Part shown: piece after piece, positions 40,820-57,805 of the stretch
How the letters are laid out: every line of letters begins with the position of its first letter
Numbering within the stretch: position 1 is the first letter of the stretch
Origin: the human T2T-CHM13v2.0 reference genome, Homo sapiens
Assembly: GCF_009914755.1 (NCBI RefSeq)
Contig: NC_060927.1
Strand: one strand, 5' to 3'
Length of the DNA stretch: 64,000 nucleotides
Program-made: the position numbers and the translations under genes
The notes under the pieces: generated by a model
The model's database searches: none
Told to the model about the DNA's origin: nothing
Seen by the model: only the letters and a program-made list of their open reading frames with translations

Positions 40820-42051
40820 TATGTGTATCTTTATAGGTCATGTGTGTTTCCTGTAGGTAATGAATCATTGGGTCTTTTTTTTTTTTAATCTATTCAGCCA
40901 CTCTATGTCTTTTCCTTGGAGAGTTTAATTCATTTACATTTAATGTTATTATTGATAAGCAAGGACTTACTCTTGTCATTTTGTTATTTGTTTTCTGGTT
41001 TCTTTTTTTTTTTGTGGTCTTTCTTCCCTCTCTCCTCCCCTCCCTCCCTGTCTTTCTTCCTACCTTTCTTCTTTTCTTCCTGTCTTTATTTTTGTGAAGG
41101 TGATTTTCTCTGGTATTATGTTTTAATTTCTTCCTTTTTATTTTTTGTGTATCTCTTGTAGGTTTTTTGATTTGAAGTTACTATGAGGCTTCCAAATAAC
41201 TTCTTATAACCCATTATTTTAAACTGATGACAACTTAACACTGGTGGCAAAAACAATGTAATTAACAAAGAGAAAACTAGTTTGAAAAACTCTACAGTTT
41301 AACTTCATTCTCCTCACTTTTTAACTTTTTGTTGCTTCTATTTATATATTATTATACTGTCTATCTTGAAAAGGTGTTGTTATTATTTTTGATAGGCTTA
41401 TTTTATTTTTTAGTCTTTCTACTCAAGATATGAGTAGTTTACACATCACAAAGAGTGTTATAATATTCTGTATTTGTCTGTGCACTTACTACTACCAATG
41501 AGTTTTGTACCTTATTGATCATAAATGTTTTTTTCTTTCAGATTGAAGAATTCCTTTAACATTTCTTATAGGACAGGTCTGGTGTTGGCGAACTCCCTCA
41601 GCTTTTGTTTGTCTGGGAATATCTTTATTTTTCTCATGTTTGAAGGATATTTTCATGGATATACCATTCTAGGATGAAAGGTTTTTTTTCTTCAGCACTT
41701 TAAATATGTGAAGCTACTCTCCTCTGGCCTGTAAAGTTTCCACTGAGAAGTCTGCTGACAGATGTATTGGAGCTTCTTTGTATCTTACTTGCTTCTTTTC
41801 TCTTGCTGCTTTTAGGGTACTTTTTTCTTAACCAAGCAGATTCTTCTTTTTTTTCTAGATCTTGTAAAAATGCTTCATTATTTTTTATTCTTTTTTCTTT
41901 CATTTCTTTTTACTTGTATTTTCAAATAGCCTGTCTTCAAGCTCACTACTTTTTTTCTTTTGTTTGACCAGTTATGCTGTTGAGAGACTCACACATTCTT
42001 CAGTACAGCATTGAATTTTTCAGCTTTACAATTTCTGCTAGAGTTTTAAAA

Positions 42052-42360
42052 CCTCAGCAAACTAACACAGGAACAGAAAAACCAAACATTGCACGTTCTC
42101 ACTCATAAGTGGCAGTTGAACATTGAGAACACATGGACACAGGGAGGGGAACATCACACATCCAGGCCTGTTGTGGCGTGCGGGGAAATGGGAGGGAGAG
42201 CATTAGGACAAATACCTAATGCCTGCAGGGCTTAAAACCTAGATGATGGGTTGATAGGTGCAGCAAACCACCATGGCACATGTATACGTCTGTAACAAAC
42301 CTGCACATTCAGTACGTGTATCCCAGAACTTAAAGTAAAATAAAATTAAAATCAAAAATC
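42052..42360 (+). mobile_element. Short 5'-truncated L1PA (PA7/8-like) 3' end
   Basis: ctcagcaaactaacacaggaacagaaaaaccaaac...gggcttaaaacctagatgatgggttgataggtgcagcaaaccaccatggcac...aacttaaagtaaaa. Confidence 0.88.
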
Positions 42361-45300
42361 TAAAAAAATTATCTCAATTCCTTTGTTAAATTTATGTGAT
42401 ATTATTCTGAATTCCTTCTCTGTGTTATGTAGAATTTCATTGAGTTTTCTCAAAACAGCTATTTTGAATTCTTTGCCTGAAATGTCACATATCTGTGTCA
42501 CTCCAGGATTTATCACTGGTAGTTTATTTAGTTCACTGGGGGAAGTTATGTTTTCCTGGATGGTCTTGAGGCTTGTGGATATTGGTTGATGTCTGGGCAT
42601 TGAAGAAGTAAATATTTATTCTCATCTTCACAGTCTGGGCTAGTTGGGACCCATGCTTCCTAGGAAGGCTTTCCAGGTATTCAAAGGAACTTGAATGTTG
42701 TGATCTAAGCCTTGGGTCACTGCAGTCATATCTATATTAAGGGGCACCCTAAGGCTAGTCACACTGTGACGCTTGCTGACTCATAAGGGTACAACTTTGG
42801 TGGTCTTGGATAAGATCTGGAAGAATTTTCTGGATTACCAGGCAGAGACTCTTTTCTCTTCCCTTACTTTTCCCCAAACAAATAGAGTCTCTTTGTGCTG
42901 AGCTGCCTGGAGCTGGGGGAGGGGTGACCAAGCACCCCTGTGGTCACCCCAGTAACAACTGCTGGGTCAAACCTGAAGCCAGTACAGCACTGGGTCTCAC
43001 TCAGGGCCCAAAGAGACCACTGCCTGTGTACCTCCAGTGTTCATTCAAGGCCCAAAGGCTCTTCGGTCAGCAGGTAGTGAATCCAGCCAGGCTTATGTCC
43101 TACCCTTCAGGGCAGCAAAGTCCTCCCCTGACCAGGTTTGCTATCCAGAAATGCTGACCAGAAATGCTATCCAGGAGCCAGGACCTGGAGTTGGAGACTG
43201 TAGGAATCTACTTAGTGCTCTGTTCTACGATGGTTCATCTGGCACCCAATCCATAAGACAAAGTCCTTCCATTCTTCCTTCTTCTCCCCTCAAACAGAAG
43301 ACATCTCTCCCCATGCACCACTGCCCCTGGACTATGGGGAATTCTGCCTGGCTACTGCCAATGTTTACTCAAGGCCCAAGCTCTCTTCATTTACCCTATG
43401 GTAAATGCTGCTAGGCCTGGGTCTCTCCCTTCAGGGAAGTGGTTTTCCCTTTGGCTCAGGATGAGTCCAAAATGCTGTCCAAAGCCTGAAACTGAGGACC
43501 TCAAGAGCCCACTTGGTGGTCTACCTTACTGTGGCCAAGGTGCAAGACAAAGTTTCCTTTACTCTTCCCCTTCCTTTCCTCAAACAGAAGGAGTCTCTCC
43601 CCATAACCATTCCAGCTGGGAATGTGCTGAGTCACAACTGAAGCCAGCATGGCACTGGGTCTCACTCAAGGTTCACGGCATGTACTGCCTGGCTACCACT
43701 TCTGAATATTCAGGGCCCATGGGCACTTTAGTCAGCAGGTGATAAATATCTCCAGTATTATGTTCTTCTCTTCAAGGCAGCTGGTTCCCTCGCGGCCCAG
43801 GGTGTATCTAGAAATGTCATCCAGGAGCTAGGGCCTGTAATGGGTACCTCAGAATTCTGTCTAATGCCCTATTCTACTGTGGCTGAGCTGGTATCCAAGT
43901 TGCATACCAAGCTGGTATGCAAGGGGAAAGTTACTCTTCCCTCCCCTCTTTTCAAGCAAAGGGAAGGAGTCTCTCTTAGAGCTGTGACCTGCACTCCTAG
44001 GGTTGGGGGAGTGGTGACACAAGCACTTCCTTGGCCACTCTGGCCAGTGTCTTGGTGGATCACATGGACCTCATGTCCACCAGCTTTAAGTTCAGTATAG
44101 CACCAGGACTTGCCCAGGAATTGTAGTCTTTGTGGCCTAGATTGCCTTTCAAGTTTATTTAGAACTCCAGAGTGCTTTAGCTTGAGATAGTAGGGCTATA
44201 CAGAACTCAGAATCTGATTGTTAGGATGGATGATTCCCCTCTGGCTAGGGCTGGTCCAAATGCTCTCTTTGTGGATGCCAGCTGAATTCTGCACTGAGTT
44301 GCTTTCCACTGTGACAGGCAGCACTGAATTCAAATGTAAAGCCCCACAATCACTGTGCTCTCCCTCTCCCAAGTGCACAGATTCTCTTCCAAGCCATGTG
44401 GCTGCTGGTGGTGGTTGGAGGAGGAGTGGTATTCACAATTTAAGACTGTATTTTCTACCCTCTTCACTGCCTCTTTCCTCGATATAATATTAAAACCAGA
44501 TACTGTGATCACTCATCTGATTTTTGGTTCCTATGGAGCTGCTTTCTTCTTTGGATCGTCGTTCAACTTGGTTTTCCTGTGGTGTCAGGCAATTGCTACA
44601 GGGTTCTATTTGGCCATCTTGCTCAACATGCCTCTCATAACTTTTTTATTTAGAAAAAAATCATAAGGATTATAATCATTAAAAAAATAAATACAAGGAA
44701 AGCCCTAGGGTAGAGTTCAGAAATCTAGCACATATAACTAATGCTTATTAGATGTATGGTTCTAGGTTCTGTTATTTGATGCTTTTATGCTTTAATTTTC
44801 TCACCTGGAAATAGTATATTACATAACAAAAAATGGCACTGGTATGAAAAACATGAAATACACAGTTGGCAAAGAGTAGTGTTCAAAAAGTGTCAGATAT
44901 TAAGAATTAATTTACAACATTCTTAAATTTTTCAGACTAGTGTAAATAAAAGCAAATTTTTCTTTGACATTTTACATTAATCCTGAATATTTCCACTTTG
45001 GGTAATTCTCCTGGAGGAATCAGAAGCAAGTTATGACATGCTTTCTAAAACAAACTTCTATCTTCTATGCAAATGGAAATTAATAGACATTTATAAACAT
45101 GAGAATAATCTAATCACACTTAGGAAGATTATCTGATGGCAGAATAAACAGACTGGCGGATGCAAAGACTTGGGTTAAGGAGTGATCAGATGAAACTACT
45201 AGGCATTGCTGGAGGAGAAAGACAAGAGTCTAAGCTAGATAATAATGGAGAGGGTGAGTTCTTGAGTCGTTGTCTTCTTCACGGAAAACCCAAATTTCAT

Positions 45301-45499
45301 CTATTGATTAGACTTCACGTTAAAAATGTGAAACCAGACTTTGTTCCATTTTGCTTCCTCTTCAATATTTATAGAAATGGGTTGCAATACGGCTTTCCTC
45401 ACTCATGCATAACATAGAAATCCTTATATGGAAAAGAACGTAGACTTTTTTAAGTTCGTGGATAGAGAATGGGGCAATGATGTTTGACCTGATAATGAT

Positions 45500-45730
45500 A
45501 TATTTATATAGAACTTTACGGTGTACACAGTGCTTTGAAAAACATTATATTATTTTTGATGCCTCATTTATCTCACATGGTAGGTAGGGTCACAACTGTA
45601 TTCCTATTTTAGATATGAGTAATCTCACGTTTAGAAAATTTCAAATGAGTTACTCAAGATTATTTTACTAGTTAATGACAGATCTAAGACTTAAAATTAC
45701 ATATTTCGATTCCATGTTGAATATTGCTAC
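45500..45730 (-). mobile_element. MIR remnant
   Basis: atatttatatagaactttac...ggtaggtaggg...attcctattttagatatgagtaatct. Confidence 0.5.
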
Positions 45731-46829
45731 ATGGTAGGTAAAACACACATCCTCATAAAGCAAATCACGAGTTGCAAGGGAGGACAGAAAAAGCATACAC
45801 TCCACCTCACAATAAACACCATTTTCTTCTTTAAATTTTCATGAATGAATGGATTACTTGTATTGATTAAATTCACTTTTAAACGTTATTTCTCTTTTTC
45901 ATCATCTATATGTAGAATATCAATTTATCAAAATACAGCTAACTCTAAAATGTCAGTTATTCATCCAAGACTGTAAATAGCCTTATTGATAAATACTGAG
46001 TGACTTTCCTACTTCTTTCTTCAGACTTAGTAAAAGAGTGCCTGTAATATGCTAACAGTTAAATAGCAACATGAATAATTCTCAAGAGTCAGGCAAGCCT
46101 ATAGTGTTTTATACTGCATTTAACATTTTTCTCTATGGAACATATCTTAGTCTTTGAAGTTATACATTTGTGAACAAGAAGCAACTTCAAATTACCATTA
46201 TTCTATATTTTTATAATTCTCACTGCATATTTGCAAGAAAAATTGACAGCAGAGAACATTAATGTAGAAAACGTGTTATTTTGAAACATTTCTACCATGT
46301 AGTCACAATAATAGAACAGGTTGATTTAATTTTCCTTGAACTTTTTTTCTCTCTTAGAGAGGAGGCATATATATAGATCTGTTTTCACTTTATTTGCCCC
46401 TCTCAAAAATGTTTCAATTGGTTTCCTATTTAAAATATATATGTCAATTAGGGGAAAATACATGTTTAATCAGTGAGTTTGCAGGAATAGGTACTATTTA
46501 GTATTAATAGTTTACAGGTAGCTTAATAGTTTACTATTAAATAGGTACTATTTAGAGAAGCATAATAATTTTCTAAGCTGGAAAAATTAAGAGGTCAACC
46601 CCATAAAAATTCATTGTCTTTTCTTTATAATGAGTAACACGCTAATATAAGGACAAGATTGCCTTAAGAGTATTTTCCATCCTTATTTAAGTTGAATATG
46701 GTTTTCTCTTTTTAAAACTCTTGTTTTATAATATTAAAATATGCTTGTTATAACAAGTGAAACATTACAGAATAGAGAATTCAAATACAAAGCTTATTAT
46801 CTCACCTTCGTTCACTCCAATATTAGATA

Positions 46830-48260
46830 AACAAAACTTAAAGGCAGTTGTCATCATCAGACCTGTACAAAAAAATTATTAAAGAAAGATCTTAAAGCTG
46901 ATGGGAAATCCTAACAGATGGAAATTTAATTTTACTCATAGAGATGAAGCTATTTAATATGCAGCTAAATATAAAATACTTTTTTCTCATGATTTAGTTT
47001 ATTTAAAAATGAATCATTGATTAGGCTTTGTAAAAACTAAAAACTTTTATTTATGAAAAGTCACTACCAAGAAAGTGAAAAGATGACCCACCCAGTGGAA
47101 GAAAATATTTGCAAATCATATATTATATAACAACCAAATATCTGGAATGCATAAAGAACTCTTACAACTCAACAGTAAAAAGAAAAATTACTCAGTTAAA
47201 AATTGGGCAAAAAATTTGAATAGACATTTCTCCAGAGGAGATATACAAATGGCCAAGAAGCACATGGAAAGTGTTCAACATCATTAGTCATTAGGGAAAT
47301 GCAAATTAAAACCACAATGTGATAACACTTAACATCCATTAGGATAACCATAATTCTAAAAAACAAGTATTGGAGAGAATTAAATAAATGTGAGCCCTGA
47401 TACATTGCTGATAGAAATATAAAATGGTGCAGCCACTGTAGAAAACAGTTTGTCCATTTCTCAAAAAGTTAAACACAGAGTATCATATGACTTAAAAGTT
47501 CTGCTCATTGGCATATACCCAAAAGAACTGAAATCAGATATTCACAATAAATTTGTGTACAAATTTTCATAGCAGCATTATTTCTAATATCCAAAAATTG
47601 AAAACAACCCAAATGTTTATAATGTGGTATATACATACAATAAAATATTATTCAGTCATAAAAATGAATGGAAACTAGAAACAAGTGTCCATCAAAACAA
47701 AACATAAAAAAACTATAGGAAAATTCATCAATGGATGAATGAATAAAAATGTAATACACACAATAGAATACTATATAGCCATGAGAAAGAACAATATTCT
47801 GTCATTTTTAACAACATGAATGAAGCTACAGAACATTATACTAAGTGAAATAAGCCAGGCACAGAAAGGCAAATACTGCATAATGTCACTTACATGAGAA
47901 ATTTTAAAAAGTCAAACTCACAGAAGCAGAGAAGACAACGGTGGTTACTAGAACCTAGGGGTTTCAGGGGTGTGAGGAATGGGGGTATGTTGGGCAAAGG
48001 GTACAAAGTTCCAGTTAGACAAGAGGAATAAATTTTAGAAATCTATTGCACAACATGGTAACCATAGATTATAATAATGTATATTTCAAAATTGTGAAAT
48101 GAGTTTATTTTAAATGTTCTCACCAAATAAATAAATAAATAGGTGAAGTGGTAGATATGTTAATTAGCTTGATTTAGTCTTTTTATTATTTATACATATA
48201 TCAAAAATATCACATTATATCCCATAAATATATACAATTATTGTCAATTAATTTTAAAAT
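46830..48260 (+). mobile_element. Old L1M ORF2/3'UTR fragments, with an L1MA-like 3' end at ~47700-48260
   Basis: catcattagtcattagggaaatgcaaattaaaaccacaatg; ctaagtgaaataagccaggcacagaaaggcaaatactgc; gggtacaaagttccagttagacaagaggaataa. Confidence 0.8.
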
Positions 48261-48559
48261 TTTTTAAATGTATATATATCAATTCTATTTTAAAATAAGT
48301 GTATTTTTGTCATTATCTTTCTACTTATAAGAATTATTTATATATTCTGGGTACTGATCTGTCAATTTTATGTGTTGCAAGTATTTTTGGCTGTTTGAGA
48401 CTTTATTTTCACAAACACAGTCTTGAATTTTAGCATAGTCTAGTTTAGCAATCATTTCTTTTTTGGTTAGTGCTTTCTGAGTAAAATTTAAATATCAGCA
48501 TTCATTTACTTACAAACACTAGAAAATTCAACTTAAATTGCCATAAACAAAAAATGTAA

Positions 48560-49050
48560 CCGTTGTCTCATACAATGGCAGGGTCTTTGGGGAATGATAT
48601 CTTCAGGTACAGCTTTATTTAGAAACAAATGACCACCAGGTCTCATCTCTGTATTCTGGCTCCTGAAGGTTGGCTTCCTTCATTCCCATATTCTCGGTGT
48701 TGGTCACTGGCAGCCTTAGGCTCCTGATGAATGCAAAATATGATACCTCCAGACCTTTCACTTTCATACTATCAAATCCATAGGAACTATATAAGGAAAG
48801 TTTCTCTTTCCCAGAAGCCCCAGCAAACATAACCTCACAATGGTTCTTATTTGCATACATGTCCATCTTGAACCTGTAACTATGGCTAAGAGGATGGGCA
48901 TGCTGATTGGTTTAGAACAATCAGGACTCACTTCTGCATCTGAAAATTGAGTCAACTACTGAAAAGCACAGGAGCTAAGAGTGGGAAAATCAGGGTAAAG
49001 TTACCAAAAACACTAATCCTTTGGTATTGGTGGCCAAAAAAACTAATAAA
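48560..49050 (-). mobile_element. Old MLT1 LTR remnant
   Basis: cttcaggtacagct...cagaagccccagcaaaca...tgtccatcttgaacctgtaactatggctaagaggatggg..tgctgattgg. Confidence 0.55.
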
Positions 49051-50558
49051 TGTTCAAATAATGATTATTTTTAACTTCACATGTGACACTGATACACTAT
49101 TACTACTAGAGTTAAGAATAGACACTTTAAATACTAGCATTTCCATTGACTATGTGATAATTACTTATCCTAAGTCACAATTGCTTCACATTTAAAATAG
49201 AAACAAAATACATAGTTAAGGTTATTGTGGATGAAATAAAAATTATACATAAAGCACTTGATACAATGCATGATAAATGTAGTGATGTAATAATTATTAA
49301 CATTTGAACATTAATACAAAGCATGTGCTGCCTTTCCTAAGGGTAGTTGCATGTGAAGATTCCTCTCGGATTATTATACTGATGGTGTCATCCTTTGTGA
49401 ATTAAATATCAGTGAGGGGAGATGAACCCACAATGCAGTTTTGTCTGCCCCAGTGAAATCCAACCCTCAGAGATCTGTAGTAAAGAAGAGAAACAGCACA
49501 GATCTTCATTCTCAACAGACCCGCTGTGCTGTTTTAATCTTACCTCAAGTTCTTCCTTTTGCTAAAAAAATGTGAATTTAGGGAATTTGGTTAACTTATC
49601 TGTAATTTTCTTATCAATAAAATGCCCAATAACATCAGCAAAGAGAGTAAAATTTACATTAGATGGCTAGACCTTCACCAAAATAAGAACTCAATGAACG
49701 TGAGTCCTCCTACTCCCTTCCCCGACACCAAACCCAGGACTTTTTTAGCCCTTCACATTTCTTTAATGTTCCTAAATCAACATTCACTAGCAAAAGCATA
49801 CATCCTTTCAAGGAAACAAATATTCTTAGGGTTTCTCTCCAAAAATGTATTCCCAAGAAAAGCCATCATCCAGGGAATACTCAAGATGGGGCAAAGCACT
49901 TCCCATTTACTGTAAGAACATTGCAAAGTGGTGTGAAGCCAAATATTTAATTTATTCTGTTTTGGCTTATTTTGGCCAATTTTGAATTCTTGCTTATTTG
50001 GGGGGAAACCGCACTTACAACACCCAGCATGAGAGGGATTTTTCAGGTCAATTAAGAAACAAAAATGCATTTAATGTAAATGTTGGAGTCTTTTAAAACA
50101 GACTATTATATTCTTACATGAAGAAAGTTCACCAAAGTCCTACTGTTATTGTTCCATGAGGCTATATTATGCTATTATTACTGGCAGCCAGTGAGAAAAG
50201 ATATTTAGTTAATCTACACACTAAAAACAAGTTTAAGAATATTTGAAAACAAATCAATCTCTAAGCACGTTTTCACTGACTACTGGATCTGCCCACTATC
50301 TATTAGCAATACAAGGAAAACCAAAGAAATCATAATTTTTAAAAACGTAAACCATTACAGACACAGAATGATATTAGTTAATCATATGCAAAAGCAATTG
50401 CTAACATAATATTGGGAACTGGCCAGACCGTAGGCCCATTTTGCTTTTTGTACCATATATTCCTGGGAAGGTCTTAATATTTACTTGGTCTAGGATTTCA
50501 AAATCTAATTATGTACATTGCAAGTGTTATATTTAAACCTTTGGCAATTTCTACTCAC

Positions 50559-50589
50559 CCCAAATAACTTCAGTCAATTATTTATATCA
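50559..50589 (-). pseudogene. Putative fossil micro-exon (31 nt)
   Basis: ttatttgtaacttcag|...GGG|GTGAGT; phase 0 to 1 bridges the 50719 and 26475 exons but contains stops (*YK*LTEVIW). Confidence 0.35.
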
Positions 50590-50718
50590 CTGAAGTTACA
50601 AATAAAAATATTTTAAAACATTTAGATAATTCAGGTGAAAGTAAGTTATTCATATTAAATTATATGAGTAATTTATCTGATATTTTTATTACAAAATCTT
50701 GAGATAGTTGCTTCTCAC

Positions 50719-51046
50719 CACATGCCATCTGGCTCTTGGAGGCCACGGAGCCCAGAATGACTGGGAAAGGCACTCAACTGGGAAGAAGGAAAGTAATGCT
50801 GGAGGAAGGAACCCAAGGCATTCCTCCTCTGGGAGGAAGGTCAAACCAGAAGAATGTTTAAGGCAACCTGATAAACTCAATCCTTGGCCCACTTCAGAAG
50901 CACTCATGAACATCTGAGGAAAATCTTGAGGCAACTGTCTACCAACTTCTCCAGAAAAAGACACAACTGTTTCTGCTTTAGTAACATTTGTCTCCTTGTT
51001 AGGCAGACTCAATGGCCATTTGTTTGATGCATGATTCACTGGTGAA
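50719..51046 (-). pseudogene. Putative exon (328 nt), fully open frame SPVNHASNKWPLSLPNKETNVTK...RWHV
   Basis: Acceptor ttgtctctgtaaag|, donor GTG|GTGAGA; 109 open codons in non-repeat DNA; phase 2 to 0. Confidence 0.55.
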
Positions 51047-51699
51047 CTTTACAGAGACAATCTGTCTTTAAGATAAAAGGAAGCACTTGACCTTTTAGTC
51101 AATCAACAATCAACAAATTACTCGAAGTTGACATGGTTCAGAGGTTTAATCACTGCTAGAGTCAGCCTGGCTTTGCATGGTGAGTGAGGTGGGGGTTTAG
51201 ACATTGAGGAAATAAGGAAGAATTTGGAGTAAGGAAGAAGTAAGTTCACGGAGACAGGGGGAGAAAGGACTTCTCTAGCATTTTCTTTCCTTGACTAATC
51301 TAAATTCCTAATTTCCCTAACAGGATGTCTAGCAAAATGTTCCTGTCAACTGAGACCGGGCCCTTACGGAGCAATAAAAGAAGATTCTTCCAATAGGAAT
51401 ATGATGGTATATTTTGGAGATGATCAAGGAATGAGAAACAATAAATGGCGATGTTGTTTAGCACCCATTATTTCACAACTTATGAGTCAATGTTTGTGCA
51501 GAGTTCTGAGTTCATAGCGTTAAAGTATATAGAAATAATTACCATTAATTATAAAGCTTTGCAGTCCTCACTGTCAAGGCTATATTTACAGAAGCAGTCT
51601 TAACATCTCTCTGAAGAGCTATTAGCCAAACTGACTGAAGAGGAGCATCCTGACAGCACTATAATTCATCAATCACAGCATCATCTTGACATTGTGAAG

Positions 51700-51837
51700 C
51701 ACATGGGGTGGCACTGGAATAACACGTACTGGACTACAATTGCATATTCTCTTCTTTCTCATCAAAGATGTGGGGAATTTATCTTTATTAACTCAGTTTC
51801 TGTTTTGATACAATGACAATAATAATAGCATACTTTC
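51700..51837 (+). mobile_element. MIR, 5' part (continues at 58063-58150 after the L1 insertion)
   Basis: ctcagtttc...acaataataatagcatactttc | aagattgctataaggattaaa...caataaattgt. Confidence 0.6.
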
Positions 51838-52163
51838 TTTTTTTAATAATAATTACTATTTATTAAGCTCTATGTGCATTATCTCAATTCACAAAACACC
51901 CCCATCAGATACGTACTATTGCTTTTTTTCTCCCACCGTGGAATATATTTTTAATTATTACTATACTTTAAGTTATAGGGTACATGTGCACAACGTGCAG
52001 GTTTGTTACCTATGTATACATGTGCCATGTTGGTGTGCTGCACCCGTTAACTCATCATTTACATTAGGTATATCTCCTAATGCCATCCCTCCCCCCTCCC
52101 CCAACCCCACAACAGGCCCCAGTGTGTGATTTGCCCCACCCTGTGTTCAAGTGTTCTCATTGT

Positions 52164-55959
<3,796 letters not shown>

Positions 55960-56022
55960 TATGATGTTAACTGGTTATTTTGCTTGTTAGTTGATGCAGT
56001 TTCTTCCTAGCATTGATGGTCT

Positions 56023-57047
56023 TTACAACTTGGCATGTTTTTGCAGTGGCTGGTACTGGTTGTTCCTTTCCACGTTTAGTGCTTCCTTCAGGAGCTCTTG
56101 TAAGGCAGGCCTGGTGGTGACAAAATCTCTCAGCATTTATTTGTCTGTAAAGTATTTTATTTCTCCTTCACTTATGAAGCTTAGTTTGGCTGGATATGAA
56201 ATTCTGGGTTGAAAATTCTTTTCTTTCAGAATGTTGAATACTGGCCCCCACTCTCTTCTGACTTGTAGAGTTTCTGCCGAAAGATCCGCTGTTGGTCTGA
56301 TGGGCTTCCCTTTGTGGGTAACCCGACATTTCTCTCTAGCTGCCCTTAACATTTTTTCCTTCATTTCAACTTTGGTGAGTCTGACAATTATGTGTCTTGG
56401 AGTTGTTCTTCTCGAGGAGTATCTTTGTGGCATTCTCTGTATTTCCTGAATTTGAATGTTGGCCTGCCTTGCTAGATTGGGGAAGTTCTCCTGGATAATA
56501 TCCTGCAGAGTGTTTTCCAACTTGGTTCCATTCTCCTGTTCACTTTCAGGTATACCAATCAGACGTAGATTTGGTCTTTTCACATAGTCCCATATTTCTT
56601 GGAGGCTTTGTTCATGTCTTTTTACTCTTTGTTTCTCTAAACTTCTCTTCTTGCTTCTTTTCATTCATTTGATCTTGAATCACTGATACCCTTTCTTCCT
56701 CTTGATCAAATCAGCTACTGAAGCTTGTGCATGCATCACGTAGTTCTCTTGCAATAGTTTTCAGCTCCATCAGGTCATTTAAGGACTTCTCTACACTGTT
56801 TATTCTAGTTAGCCATCCATCTAATCTTTTTTTCAAGGTTTTTAGCTTCTTTGCGATGGGTTTGAACATCCTCCTTTAGCTCGGAGAAGTTTGTTATTAC
56901 CGATCGTCTGAAGCCTTCTTCTCTACACTCGTGATAGTCATTCTCCGTCAAGCTTTGTTCCCTTGCTGGCGAGGATCTGCGTTCCTTTGGAGAAGAGGCA
57001 CTCTGATTTTTCGAATTTTCAGCTTTTCTGCTCTGGTTTCTCCCCAT
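56023..57047 (-). pseudogene. L1 ORF1p, disrupted
   Basis: MGRNQSRKAENSKNQ start; WDYVKRPNLRLIG and YPAKLSFISEGEIK motifs; frameshifted. Confidence 0.95.
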
Positions 57048-57622
57048 CTTTGCGGTTTTATCTACCTTTGGTCTTTGATGATAGTTATGTACAGATGGGA
57101 TTTTGATGTGGATGTCCTTTCTGTTTGTTAGTTTTCCTTCTAACAGTCAGGACCCTCAGCTGCAAGTCTGTTGGAGTTTGCTGGAGGTCCACTCCAGACC
57201 CTGTTTGCCTGGGTTTCACCAGTGGAGGCTGCAGAACAGCAAATATTGCGGAACAGCAGATGTCGCTGCCTAATCCTTCCTCTGGAAGCTTCATCTCAGT
57301 GGGGCACCCAGCTGTATGAGGTGTCAGTCAGCCCCTACTGGGAGGTGTCTCACAGTTAGGCTACTTGGGGGTCAGGGACCCACTTGAGGAGGTAGTCTGT
57401 CCATTCTCAGATCTCAAACTCCATGCTGGGAGAACCACTACTCTCTTCAAAGCTGTCAGACAGGGACGTTTAAGTCTGCAGAAGTTTCTGCTGCCTTTTG
57501 TTCAGCTATGCTCTGTTCCCAGAGGTGGAGTCTACAGAGGCAGGCAGGCCTCCTTGAGCTGCGGTGGGCTTCACCCAGTTCGAGCTTCCCAGCTGCTTTA
57601 TTTACCTACTCAAGCTTCAGCA

Positions 57623-57805
57623 ATGGCAGACGCCCCTTCCCCAGCCTCACTGCTGCCTTGCAGTTTGATCTCAGACTGCTGTGCTAGCAGAGAGCGAGGC
57701 TCCATGGGTGTGGGACCCTCCAAGCCAGACGCGGGATATAATCTCCTGGTGTGCCGTTTGCTAAGGCTGTTGGAAAAGCACAGTATTAGGGTGGGAGTGT
57801 CCTGA
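57623..57805 (+). other. L1 ORF0-like antisense ORF (60 aa, truncated)
   Basis: MADAPSPASLLPCSLISDCCASRERGSMGVGPSKPDAGYNLL...RVGVS* on the antisense strand of the L1 5'UTR. Confidence 0.75.

Larger units (their letters stand above)
35821..44630 (-). mobile_element. Old L1 (L1M/L1MA-type), 5'UTR through ORF2, 3' end missing; host to THE1, Alu and L1PA insertions
   Basis: ORF2 remnants (INIQKSVAFTYANNE, KLNAFPLRSG, LFSRIDHTLGHK), ORF1 remnants (41700-42600) and a ~2 kb GC-richer 5'UTR (42600-44630). Confidence 0.85.

Noticed and set aside
42924-44666. Several 60-125 aa ORFs
   Set aside because: Within the old L1 5'UTR, which has internally repeated blocks; not independent genes.
49544-49561. 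18-nt minus-strand micro-exon (ttttttag|CAAAAGGAAGAACTTGAG|GTAAGA)
   Set aside because: Good splice sites, but it overlaps MIR-like sequence and is too short to distinguish from chance.
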